Made by a program: the position numbers and the translations under genes | From: Hypanus sabinus | Lineage: Eukaryota | NCBI RefSeq assembly: GCF_030144855.1 | Contig: NC_082731.1 | Location: 23,622,001 to 23,686,000 of the forward strand | Length of the DNA stretch: 64,000 nucleotides | Direction: 5' to 3' | Part shown: in pieces, positions 49,050-61,674 of the stretch | Layout: every line of letters starts with the position of its first letter | How positions within the stretch are numbered: position 1 is the first letter of the stretch | The notes under the pieces: generated by a model | The model's input: only the letters and a program-made list of their open reading frames with translations | What the model was told of the DNA's origin: nothing | Databases searched by the model: none

Positions 49050-51484
49050 CGTCAACGGGGAAGACTTCTGAAGTAGCAACAAGATGGAGCTCACGGCATG
49101 CACAGCTATGGCAGAATTTAAGTCACCGTTAGACAGTGAACTTACAAAGACAGATTGAGGGACTGTTGTTGGTTCTGATTCGGTTTTGCATATTTGATCT
49201 GTGTGAGTGAGCTCCTCCCATTACCGACTAATGTTCAACATTTGTGACGGATCAATGGATCAGACTGTCTCGTTCGTCATGAGCCGGATGCTCTTTCCAA
49301 AAATATGTCATTATTCTGATATTTCATAATGTTGAGACGTGAGCCCCAAGCTTTCAAAGAATGTTTCAGTTCATCGACCATTTGTGATCGAACTCAGTTT
49401 CTGCCCTGATCCTGAGAGCAAGAACTTAGAAAGATTTGTTAAGCTCTCCATCAGCCTAAGAAGAGTGTTTTGGTATTTCCAGCCTTTGAATGCACCATTC
49501 ACTCATAACTACCTTCCTTCCACAGAGAGAGTAGATGAAAGTAAAACTTACACCAAAGAGGTTAAATTTTGCGTGTTGGTAAAAAGGTCGTACCACAGGA
49601 AACCTACGTGTCCTACTCTATTTACATTCGCTACAATTTTATCGTTGGTGTCCAGGAGGTTGGAAAAAATCTACAAGTCTGTTCGAAATGGAAGTAAAGT
49701 TGATAACCGGAGAGGCACAGCTCAGCACCAGAGAACGCTGCTTTGCCATACGTTGAGTAGAAGACATTTTTAATTAAGGTTTCCTGTGGTATTTTGCCCA
49801 ACTGCTGTTGGTAGAGGCAGATAAATTGGCATTTAAGGGTATCGCTGCTATATTCATATAGGATAAGCGCAGGACAGAGATAACTACAGTCTGTGGCAAA
49901 GAACTAGAATGGTCAAAGAAGTGACTTATATCCGTATGCACGGTATCGTGCTCCAGAGAATCCACGTCGTGCTGTAATATACAGTGTTCTCTGTTCTGCT
50001 CAAGCGATCTGTTGTTGAAGAGGCCACATCGCATAGACAAGGCATTGGCAAATGCAGCTAAGTATCTCGAAAGTCAAGAAATGCACTGCAGTACTAGAAT
50101 AAGAAAGAAAAAAATATTTATTTAACACTGGTGCGGCTGGAAAAGTTGATAATTAAGGAAAAATTGAAATGTTATGCGCCAAGGACGAAATATTAGACAA
50201 ATATTGTGGTTGTGTAATTTTTGATTATTATTGGAGTTGACTAGATTAGGGTTCGATCTGACGTTACGGAGAATAGTCTGCATACCTTTAATTTCCTTAT
50301 AACTCCGTTGTTAATTATTTTCTTTAATAATCTTCAGAATGGCGTCACCAGATGTACTGTAATCTTAGCCAATAAATTAACAAGCAAACAAACAAACAAA
50401 CAAATAAATAAATACATAGAAAGATAAATAAATGAATGAATAAACAAATAAAAGAACGAAGGAATAGATAGATAGATAGACGGATAAATATGGCTATATA
50501 AAGTAAGAAATAAAGTAAGATAGATGATGTAAGGGGGGAAAAAAAAACACTGCGCAATGCACGGGGAAGTCAACGTGTGCGAACTGTGGGAAAAGAAATT
50601 TCATGAAATATGCATTGAAATTGTGGGCAGTCAGACATCCGAAGCGTGCCAGTACGTAGGTCATTCAGGTTTGTCCATTGAGCATACGCGACGTCAACTG
50701 ACAGTTGTTTGATGTTTTAAACAGCGTGAGAATATATAGCTCAGACAGGGTCGACTTCTGAGAAAATAAGGCATCGCCTGGAGGCGATTGCTACTTCAAA
50801 ATGCGGCAAATCGTAGATCCCAAGGGTGATAAGTCTATTTCAATGTATCTCCCATCAATTCGCGGCAGTTGCGCTATTTGGGTAGATTTACAGGAACAAA
50901 TTCGTATAATGCAGACGATAGCGGAGCAAACATCGCGGGAATCAACAGCTGGAGAGCGAACTTGAGTATTTCCTCTTCGATGCTTCAGCGAGTATAGCCG
51001 AGAACGTGTGTTTTTCCCCTTCTTTATAACATGAACTGTGAGGATTGATTGACAAGGACAAATTCGAATAAGGCACGAGTAAGAGATGCAACCTTCGTTG
51101 GAAAACCTCAACACAATATATGCAAAATCTAGTAGTAACGTCGACAGAGTAAGCAGTCGACGTTTCTGGCGGAGATCATTCATCAAGACTGTAATAATTG
51201 AAGGTTCTCTTGGCGGGATGTTAGAAGACCGGTTGATATCCAGCTTAATTTACGCCCACTCATGGAAGAAATGCATGCAACCTCAGCTTCCGACACTCCG
51301 TTTTAAGGAGGTGAAACTGAAACTGATTAACACTAGATTTTTTCGAGATGCTCAGGGCGTGGCAGTTAACAATAACCTGTTAACTTCTTCCTCAGGAATG
51401 CAGTTGGGGGTATGATGTGGGAAAGAGCATTTACGCGGTGAACTCTCTCGCATCAACGCTGTTGATGTGATGCAGAAGGATTAT

Positions 51485-52170
51485 GAATTGAATTGAATTG
51501 ACTTTATTACTTAAGTCGTTCATATGCACAAGAATTAAAAATTTTTCCTTACGTCTCCGAAGAAATGAGCAAGATGAAATTTATAGAAACTTTAATTCTA
51601 TGTACAATAAGACAGTCAATATAACAATTGCATCACCATGTGTTAATCAGTCTGCTGGGCTGCTGGAAGAAGCTGTCCTGGAGCCTGTTGGTGCTGAACT
51701 TTATATTCGTTTTCCTGGATGATAACAGCTGGACCAGTCTGTGTTTGGTATTTCACGGGCCCTTTTAACACTCCTGTCTTTGTACATGTCTTTAAAGTGG
51801 AAAGTTCACATACACATATGCGCTGGACTGTACGCACAGCTCTCTGTATCATTCTGCAATTGAAGGACGAACTGTTTCCATACCAGGCAATGATGCAGCC
51901 AGTCGGGATGCTCATAATTGTGCACTTACAGAAAGTTCCAAAGTTTTGGGGATCATTACCAAACTTTTTCATGCTTCTGAGATAAAAGTGGTGCTGTTGT
52001 GCCTTTATTACCACACAGCCCGAATGTGCAAGCCACGTCAGGTTCTCGGTGATGTGTATGCCGAGGAATTGAAAGCAGTTTAGCCTCTCGAACGAAGGTC
52101 CACTGATGTCAATAGCGAATGGTCTGTCTCCATTCCTTCTGTAGTCCGCAACCAGCTCCACTGTACTCTC
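51485..52170 (-). mobile_element. Rex1/Babar-type LINE 3' fragment
   Basis: ELVADYRR..FQFLGIHITENLTW..KAQQHHFYLRSMKKFG; (TTGAA)n tail at ~51486. Confidence 0.88.
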
Positions 52171-52174
52171 TCTA

Positions 52175-52575
52175 TGTTGTTGACATCATTCTGATAATTC
52201 GGTGACCAGAACTGTACACAATATTACTCGTTTGGCCTTACCAATGCCCTGTACAATTTTAACACTACATCCCAACTCCTACACTCAATGCCTTGATTTA
52301 TAAATGCCAGCATACCAAAAATTTTCCCCACCACCCTATCCAAATGAGAGTCCTCCTTCAGGGAACTATGCACCATTATTCCTAGATCACACTGTTCTGC
52401 TGCATTTCGCAATGCCCTATCATTTAACATGCATGTGCTACTGGGATTAATCCTATCAAAATGTAACACTTCATATTTACCAGCATTAAACTCCATGTGC
52501 CATCCTTCAGCCTATTCTACTAACTGGCCTAAATCTGCCTGCAAGTTTTGAAAACCTACTTCATTATCCACAACG
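52175..52575 (-). mobile_element. CR1-type LINE fragment
   Basis: MEFNAGKYEVLHF..QCDLGIMVH..LYRALVRP. Confidence 0.85.
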
Positions 52576-52579
52576 CCAC

Positions 52580-55500
52580 CTGTCTAATTATCGTATGATA
52601 AGGTATTTTCTCTCTGTTCTTTTTCACAAGAGAAAGGAGTTAATTTTAATGGAGGTATACAATTTTAATAACGTATGTACATACTTAAATGAGACTGATA
52701 CAGCTACATTGCAGGAGTCTGCTAAGTTAACGGATGAGTATGCTTTAAACCACAAGAGTAAATTTCCACCGGATAGAACTTTGATAAACAAACATAGCCC
52801 AGAGTGTCAAGGTAAATCAGAAATTGAATCAGAAGATAGTGAGAAAGGTACGGATGAAGGGAACATGTGATGGAAAGACAATTTGCTACTATTTGTAATC
52901 ACTGTAAGAAACCAGATGATATAATATATAACTGTTTCCGATTGAAGAAGAAGGAGAATGAGGCGGCCTCAGATGCCTGTGTGCATCTGTCAGAGTCTGA
53001 ACAAGTTAAGAACGAATATGATGTTTTTATAAACGAAGGATTTCTATCCTTGAAAGAGGGATCCACTCCAGAGCCAACAAAAAAATCCTTTGGGGATACT
53101 GGAGCTTCTCTGTCACTTACATTCGGCAGTGCTCTGAAGTTTAGTGATGAGTCTGACAATGATTAGGGAAGCAATATACGAGGTGTCGGGAGTGCCCTTA
53201 TGCCTGCGCATTTAAATAGATTAACTTTAAGGTCATGGACAGTTACAGGACCTGTTAAGGTAGGACTACAACCCAGTTTACATGTGAATGGTGCTTCTAT
53301 ATGGTTAGGGACTGACTTAGCAGATGGACCCCTTTTTCCTGAAATGCATTTGTCGGTTCAGAACTTCTCTGATGAACGAAAAATAGGTTTTAACATCGAA
53401 CCCTCCTGTGTTGTAATCAGAGATATGGCAATACAGATTGCTGAGGTGAATGGTTCTGTGCATGCGGAGGATGCTATTCATAGCCGATCAACTCGAGAAT
53501 CGAATTTTGAAAATGTGTCAGAAACTTTCTTACATCCAATGTTTGATCAAAACTCTTGTAGTAAGTTTGACCATACAGCTTTATCTCTAACTCGGAAGGA
53601 AATGATAGCAGAGTAGAGTAGAGACCCTGAGATTATCGAATTATAAGTGCAAGCTCTTATAGGCAGTGAAATTCAGATGGTGTCAGTAGGATATTATTTT
53701 AAGAGTGGAGTGTTAATCAGGAAGTGGAGATCACTTACTATTCCTGCAAGTGTGTAATGGGAAGTTGTTCGTTCCTAAAGATTATCTGAATGAGATTTTA
53801 CCTTCGGCTCATACAATGCCTGGGGTGGACATCAAGGTGTGAAGAAAACTGTGACAACGTCTATAAACATTTTTACTGGCCTGTTTTAAGAGAAAATGAG
53901 GCGAGATTTTGCAGAACTTGTCTTACTTGTCAGATTGTGAGCAAGCCTAATCAAGTAACTCCTGTGGACCCAATGCAAACTATTCTTCCATTTGGTGAAC
54001 CGCCATCCAAAATAATTGTAGATTGTGTAGGTCCATGCCAAAAACCAAAACTGACCATCAATATTTGCTGTCCTTCATTGGCACAGCGTCTTGATTTCCA
54101 GAGGCAATACCACTCAGGGAGGTAACGGATAACACTTTAATAAATGCTCTTATAAAATCGATTACTTATTTTGGGTTGCCTAGGGAAATACAATCTGATC
54201 AAGGTAGTAATTTTATATCTGGAATGTACCAGCAGATAGTTTATAAACTGTGAGCCTAAGAGATTACTATCCAGAATCGCAAGGAGCCTTGGAAAAGGTT
54301 CTATTCTACCCTGAAATCATGATTAGGACGGATTGTGTGGAAAATGAAAAGGATTGCGATGAGAGACTATATTATCTTTTATTTCCAGTACGGGTTCAGT
54401 GCAGGCTTCCTTAGGTTTTATTCCTTTTGAACTTCTGTTTGTGTATAGAGTCGGGGGATACTTCTCCTTATTGTTTAATGGATTAATAAGGAGGCACATG
54501 CTAACCTGCTGGATTATGTTTTGAAATTTACTTATAAATTGCAGAAACCTTGTAGCTTAGCCAGGTAAAATGTAAAACCGGCTCAGGAGAAAACGAAAAC
54601 ATTTTATGATAAGGTAGCCCGAATGAGATCAATTAATTCTGGAGATAAGGAGTTGGTTATTTTTCCGGTGCAAACGAACCCTTTATAATCCAAATTTAAT
54701 GGTCCTTATGAGATTATATCTAAAGTTATTGATGTGGATAACGAGATATAAACACCAGATAGAAGATGGTCAACATTGCATTGCAGTATAAAGATGATGA
54801 ACCCATATTATGAGAACCAGTCCTCTACTATGACTGTTGTGGTTAATAATAAGAAGTCTGATCACATTGGGAACTTAATGGACGATTAATCTGAAACTCA
54901 TTTTAAACCTATCATTGTTTCTGCCAGATTACCAAATTCAGCAATTCTGGAAAATATTGATGAGAAATTTGCTTATTTACTGTCAGAGCAGAGGCAGCAG
55001 ACGAAGAAGGTACTTTTTAAATGTAGGGATTTATTTTCAAACCTTCCTGAAATAACCACAGCAGTTTCGAATGATGTTAGAGTTGCGAAAACCCATAAAG
55101 CAACTTCTATATCGGATAAACTTGGAATAAAGTCAACTGGCTGTGAATGAAAATAAGTATATGTTAGAGAATAATATTCTTAGACCTTCTAATTCGAATT
55201 GGATCTTATCTTGTGTAAAAGTGCAAGAGGCAGACTGTCGTATTCGGTTTTGCACTGACTACAGGAAGTTGAACGGTGTAAAGAAAACAAATGTTTATCC
55301 AAACCCTGGAGTGGATGATTGTGTGGATAAAATCTGAAAAGCAAAATTCCTTACAAGGATTGATTTATTAGAAGATTATTGGTGTGTTCCATTGACAGAT
55401 AGAGGTAGAGAGATTTCTGTATTACTCTCCTCAGATGGGTTATCTGAATATAATTTCCTTCCTTTTTGGGATGAAAAATGCACCCGGATGATTAGTTCTG

Positions 55501-55710
55501 TGAATCATGGGTAACAACTACCCTATATTGATGATTTATTTGCTGGAAATGATACGTGTGAAGCACATTTTATTGCCATGAAGTAACTATTTGGAAGACT
55601 TTCGAAAGCTAACTTAACTATTATCTTAGCTAAAAGTGAATTTATGCCACTGTGAGCGACCTTAGCTATTGTGTGGGTCAAGGTAAATCAGCTCAAATTC
55701 AATTCCGAGA
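52580..55710 (+). mobile_element. Gmr1-like Gypsy LTR retrotransposon, decayed (gag - PR - IN - RT order)
   Basis: Zn knuckle CNHCKKPD.IIYNC (~52890), protease DTGAS (~53095), integrase HFYWP..CRTCLTCQ and IIVDCVGP (53860-54040), then RT RFCTDYRKLN (~55250) and YIDD (~55525). Truncated by an L1 at ~55710. Confidence 0.9.
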
Positions 55711-55729
55711 AGCTCATTGAGTAATATTT

Positions 55730-58700
55730 TTGTTGACTCTACTCTATCCTTTTACAGTCTAATTTCTACTGCTATTTACGGATAAACTTTAAAGATTCAT
55801 TACTTTTAGTGCAGGATTGACGATTTGATTACGATGGCTGTTATCCGAAATGGAAAGGAATTAAGACGTGTCAAAATTGATTCTGAAACAGAAAAAAAGA
55901 CGAATTTAAAAGGGAAGTATAATAAACCTATACTCCTGAAAGAATATTCTTATTGATCCGTGATACTAATACCAACATTTCTAAAATTGATAAACTGACG
56001 GATGCTAATGAAAAGCTTCAGCAAACAGTTTCTGCTGTCCAGGAATCTGTGAGGCATCTTGAATCACAATATCAAACGCTTAAAATGGATTCCAATCAAA
56101 TCGGAAGACAACAGGAGACAATATAATGTGGTTAAACAGCAGGGATAAAAGGTAACTACCATGGACAAGAGAATTATTGAGGTTTCGTCGGAATTATCAA
56201 GAATTTGGAGGATAACGATCGATCTGGAAAGCAGAAGCCGAACGATGAATTTACATATGCAGGGCTTGATTGAAAATATGGAAACGAGTGAGCCTTTAAA
56301 GTTTTTAATTAAGTCTATTAACGGAGAGGTTTCAGGTATCTCACTTTTTAGTGAGGCTCTTGAAACCTCTCCGGTAATAGACAGGGCTCATTGAATCCCG
56401 CACAACAAGCCATCGTATGAGATGAAACCACTTTTGGTAATTCAGTATCTACATTGTTTTGCAATTAAAGAAGCAATTCTTCGAGATGCCAGGAAGCTGG
56501 GGAAGTTAACTTACAACGGTGTGGAGTTTCGTATAGTTGAAGATTTTGCACCAAACTGTATAAAGAAGGAATTATGTAACAGGACGTGATTGCAGTATCG
56601 TATAAGAAAAGGCTGTCATCCCTCTTTGCCCTATTCTGCCAGTTTGAAAACTTTATCGCCTAACCCTCGTCCTAAATGTCTTGATTCTCCTGCGGAGGCT
56701 TGGAAGTTTCTCAAAGACTGGAAGATGATTGCATAAGCAATTCCAACATTGCCGTTTTGCAAGCAACGCCAGCAAATAATCCTTAGCAGACAATCGTGTT
56801 TAGTTGAGTTGTTTAATGTGTGATCTATGTTCTAGGTCTATATAGACATCGCTTTGATTCTGTTTTTTTTTCTTTCTTTAAGTTTTGTATGAATTTAACA
56901 TAGGCAGTAAAATATTATTTAATTGAATCTATCTTTTCTGAATATATCATCAATTTTAATAACTGAATTTAAGAAGGCCGCTGTTAATTACGTACTAATA
57001 TCTATTAAACATGATATTGAATTCAATCTTTAGCTGAGAGTCATCCACAGTTGAATCTTTGAAAGTTCAGTTTGCGTTTCTTGTTGGTCCAGACATCGTT
57101 TGGCGGTTTCACTATTTTTCCTTCTGCTTTATTTTAGGATCTTTAAGAGTTCAATATCATTCGTATCATATTATTTGGTTAGTTATTTCTTCTTTAAATA
57201 TATGACCAATGTTTTATGACGAATTTAAGATTTTCGCTGTTAACTGCGTTTTAAACTCTGATAGAAATATTATTATATTATTTGTCATTTCTCGATTTGT
57301 TTTCAACGTATGTGATACTGCGTCTGGATTCAGTGGTGGTAGTATATAACTTTTTCAAAAAATAGTCTGCCTTTTAGAATCAAAGTAAATAGGATGTTTA
57401 GTTTAGGCTGCTGACCGCCTATTGGAGTTTTTTTTCTAGATTTGCGGGGATGGTTGGGGCGATTAGTTTAGGTTTTTTAGTTTGGACCGTCGTGAGAGGA
57501 TTTCTTGTCAAATTATTTTCTTATTTTGTTTCCTTTCTGGTCAAATCCATGATGTTCCTCCCTACTGGTTTGGTTTGTTCTGGAGCGGCTTATTCACTTT
57601 ATAAATCTCTAAAATAAAGTCCGAGTATTGATGTTAATAAAATTAATATAGTTTCCTGGAAACTGAACGTCTTGAGTCAACCTATTAAGCGTTGAAAGTT
57701 CTTGAAGAAAATGAAAACATCCGCAAGTAAGATGAAAACATTTTTTTTTCTTTGGAAGGATTTTCAGTTTCACTCTTCCTCAATATCAAAAAAATAGTCG
57801 AGTGTCTATTCTTATTACTTTAAAGTCTCTTTAGTGCATTTTAATACTGTACTGATTCATTTGGTCGATATTTTATTGCTACTGGTTTGTTATGTGGTCA
57901 AAAGGTGGCATTGGTGTTTGTGTATGCACATAGTGTCGATGGCCATGAAATTTTTAAGAGGTTATTTTCTGCACTGCCGAATTTAAATGAATTTCAGTTG
58001 AATATGGGCGGTGATTTTAACTGCAGACGCCATCCTTTGCTTGATAGATCATTAACCAATCTGTGCCTTCCGTACAAAGCTGCGTCCTGCATTAATTTAA
58101 TTTTAACAGGAATAGGGCGCGCTGGATATTTGGAGATTCCTCCATCCTTGATATAAAGACTCTTTTTCTTCACACGGACATCATAAATATTCAAGAATTT
58201 ATTATTTTCTGTTAGATACGCGATTGGTATCCGATGTTGCTGATTGTGCGTATGACGATATTGTGCTGTCAGATCATGCGTCTTGACTTGCACTGAAGCT
58301 TTCTGAAATCACATGGATTACATTTCAGTAGAGATTTATGTCTGCATTGGACCATGATTCAACATTTCTAAGTTTTATAAAACAGTAAATCTCTTTCTTT
58401 TTGAGATAAATCAAATGAGCGTATGTGAAATGTTGTTATTTTGAATACGATAAATAGTTTCTTTGCGGGCATATAACGAAATATTCATCAGCTTCAGGAG
58501 GGAAAACTAAACCGGAGCTTTTAGTGATTACAAACTGATGTTAGTAAATTGATAAAGTTCATTCCGTATTGCCTATTGAATATTTATATATGGAAAGGGA
58601 GAATCTTGAAACGCTGCATGACTTACTGTTCACTTATCCCATTGAGCAGCAACATCAGAAATCGATTTTTATTCTATATAGAGCGATAAAACAGGTAAAC

Positions 58701-59960
58701 TGTTAGCTGCGCAATTCAAAGCAAATATGGCAAGAAGTCAGATTTTGTAAGTACGAATATCTGACAGAACTAAAGCAACAAATTGTCAGGAAATTATTAA
58801 ATTAGTTTTTTGGATTTTTCCTTAATATTTATTAATCTGATTTTCAAGGCAATGCGACTTCTAAGATGAATTTCTGCAGAGATTGATATACCCCAAATTT
58901 CCACCCAAGATATGAATACTTTAGATGCATGTATTATTCGAGAGTAAATAGTAAGAGTTATACATTCATTTTCAAGTAGGTAAATCTCCAGGACCTGATG
59001 GATTTACGATCGAAATTTCTAAGAAGTTTCCGGATATTGTTACAGAACAATTATGGCTAATTTTCGAGTAATCTTTATTTTCTGGGACCTCCCAAGAACT
59101 TTTTACGAGACAGCAATTTCATTAATTCCTAAAAAAAAATGTTGACTATTCAAGCCACTTTTGGACCTGTGATAACTAATAATTAAAATATTTTCATTTA
59201 ACGTTATATAGAGTTACACGGCAGAGTTGCCCTCTTAGTCAGCTGTTACTCGAGCTGGCTCGAGAAATTCTTGCAATTGCGCTTCAGAAATCCAATGAGT
59301 TTTTATGTATAAAGAGAGGAGATAAAGTGCCTAAGGTTTCATTGTGTGCAGAAGAATTGTTATTTTATATTTCAGATCTATTCCTGCTTTGTTATCTATA
59401 TTTTCTGAATTCAGTACTTTATTTTTCTGGAACTATATTACATTTGCATAAAAGTGAGTTATTTCTTATTAACGACTATTTCCATCAGTATGAACAATTT
59501 CCTTTTAGTATTGTTAAAACTGACATAATTTATATCGGTTTTAAAATTAACAAACAAAAATACGAGCTGTGTAACTATAACTTTTTTTCCAATGATTTAG
59601 TATACGCAGCAAGTGAAATCCAAATTGACTCCAATGACATTATCAATAATTGGCCATTTTAATGCTGTGAAAATGATAGTTTTACCAAAGATTTATTTTT
59701 ATATGTGTTCCAAGCAATCCTCTGCTTTGATCCGAAAAGGTTTTGGATAGAATAGACTCTAAAATTTTATGTTTAATTTGGAATTAAGAAAATCCTAAAA
59801 TGAGTAAAATTTTATAGCAGAATTATATAAATAAAGCATGATAGAAGGGATTTGCCAAACTTCAGATTGTACTACTGGACAAATAACATTCGTTATATCT
59901 CTTTTTCGATTCTTTTTTCAGATATACATGATTGCCCATTGTGGGTGTATTCGGAGAAAA
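55730..59960 (+). mobile_element. Decayed L1 LINE (ORF1 plus ORF2, 3'-truncated)
   Basis: ORF1 LESRSRTMNL..SPVIDRAH; EN MGGDFNC..SDHAS; RT KSPGPDGF; ..LPNFRLYYW at ~59860. Confidence 0.85.
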
Positions 59961-61674
59961 CTCGGTGAAGGGCTATTCTTTGGCCTCTTTATTGGGAGGT
60001 CTTCTTCCTTTTTTGCTTTCTAAGATCGGTCGTCGAGAATTTAATGCAATACAATTAAGAATTTGGTTTCAACTTCGTCGATCACTTGACCTTAATAATT
60101 TTGTTCTTTCTCGTAATATCGTACTAATTTTTCCTTTTAAAATTTCTAACCTGAGGAAATTTACTCTCATGGATTAAAATATACTCATCTGCTAATGTAG
60201 CCGACTCATGCAATGCAGCTCTATCCCCCTCATTTAAGAATGTACATACCTCAACAGGGATGCTCCTTTTAAACTCCTTCATAGCGCAGATTCGTTTTAT
60301 AGTGGAGTATTACTTTAAATTTTAAGGTGCAAACGTTATTGTCTGTAGTTTCGTTAATCGCTGCTTGTTCTTGTTTGGCGCACCTTGATTTTACCTCTAC
60401 AGTCTATTGTTGGAGAGTGAAGACTACCAAAGTGCGGAAGCCCGATGGGTTGAGTAATGTTGGCGTCGTTAGGTGGTTTTGTAAAGGATCGACCCTATTG
60501 AATATTCGCTCTGGAATAGTGAGCTGCATCTGAGATAACCTCTGCAAGATCAGGAAGGTCTTTGCAGTGTTCATCCTCCAGCAGAAAAAAAAGGTCAGTT
60601 TTAATAAGCCGTTTTATTTCCTCTGTCGTGAATTCATTGTATATTGCATCTCTCGGCTGGGTTCAGCAGGAACGTCGCGTCTTCGAAGAAAACAGTTTTC
60701 AGGGAAGTCTCTCCTTACTGACTATATGTCACTTGGGCCTTAGAATTTAGCACATTAAGACTGTTCGAACATACCACTTAAAGACTGTTTTCGAATTTGC
60801 CATTTTAAGAGCCTTCCAGAGTTTGGCAGAATGTTAAATTGCCATATAACAGATAACTACTGGTTAAGTTAGTAGTTTGATTGCTTTTCACTTTTGTTGA
60901 GCAGAGTTCAGAAATGTTTTTATTGTTTATAAAACCTGACTCAATTCTATATTCATTGTTGGAGACCATGCAGCACAAAAATGCATTCTGAAAATAAACA
61001 AATTGTATGACTGAACGATTAAAATAACAACAAACTTCTTCACAGTACTATTCCTTTTCTTCCCTAAATGGCCAAGACAGTCCATCCGTACGCTTGAAAA
61101 CAGAGGATCAGCTGCAGTGAATATGTTCAAAGGTGTACCCGCAATGTGCTGATATCCTGGAGCTTTGTGCAACCAAAGGCAAACGAATAAAAAAAAACTG
61201 TCACAAAATGTCTCACAGCTGTAGTAACGCGGGGTATTAAATAGTTTGGCACAATCAAGCGTTAATATAAGATTACGCTCACAACACGTCGCTTTTTGAC
61301 ACATATGCCATAGAAGAGCTAGCGAGTTTTGGGGATTATTTGCCACTATAACACTATGGTTAGAATAGTCGAAAATTACTACTCGAGCAAGCTGCTTAAC
61401 ACCTCTCCGGCCAGTATTTTCAAGCAAAGGAATCACCTTGAAATAATTCTGTTCCGTTTCACACTTGTCTGAACATTAAACTGGAAATCACTTCAATTGG
61501 AATGTCCATTATTGTCTTCTGTATAGACGAAAAATAGCAGCATATTAAAACCGAACGTTTTGAGTTTTAGTGTTTGTTTAATTATCAGTCTGAATTGGAA
61601 ATATAAATACCCGATTCTTTTGTTTGATTGGATTGCGGGTGGTATTCGGCAACAAGGAATATTTACTACTTTCT

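Noticed and set aside
60327-61436. ORFs 60327-60533 (signal-peptide-like start) and 60927-61436 (169 aa)
   Set aside because: Non-ATG starts, no recognisable domain; probably LTR or flanking DNA of the adjacent Gypsy element.
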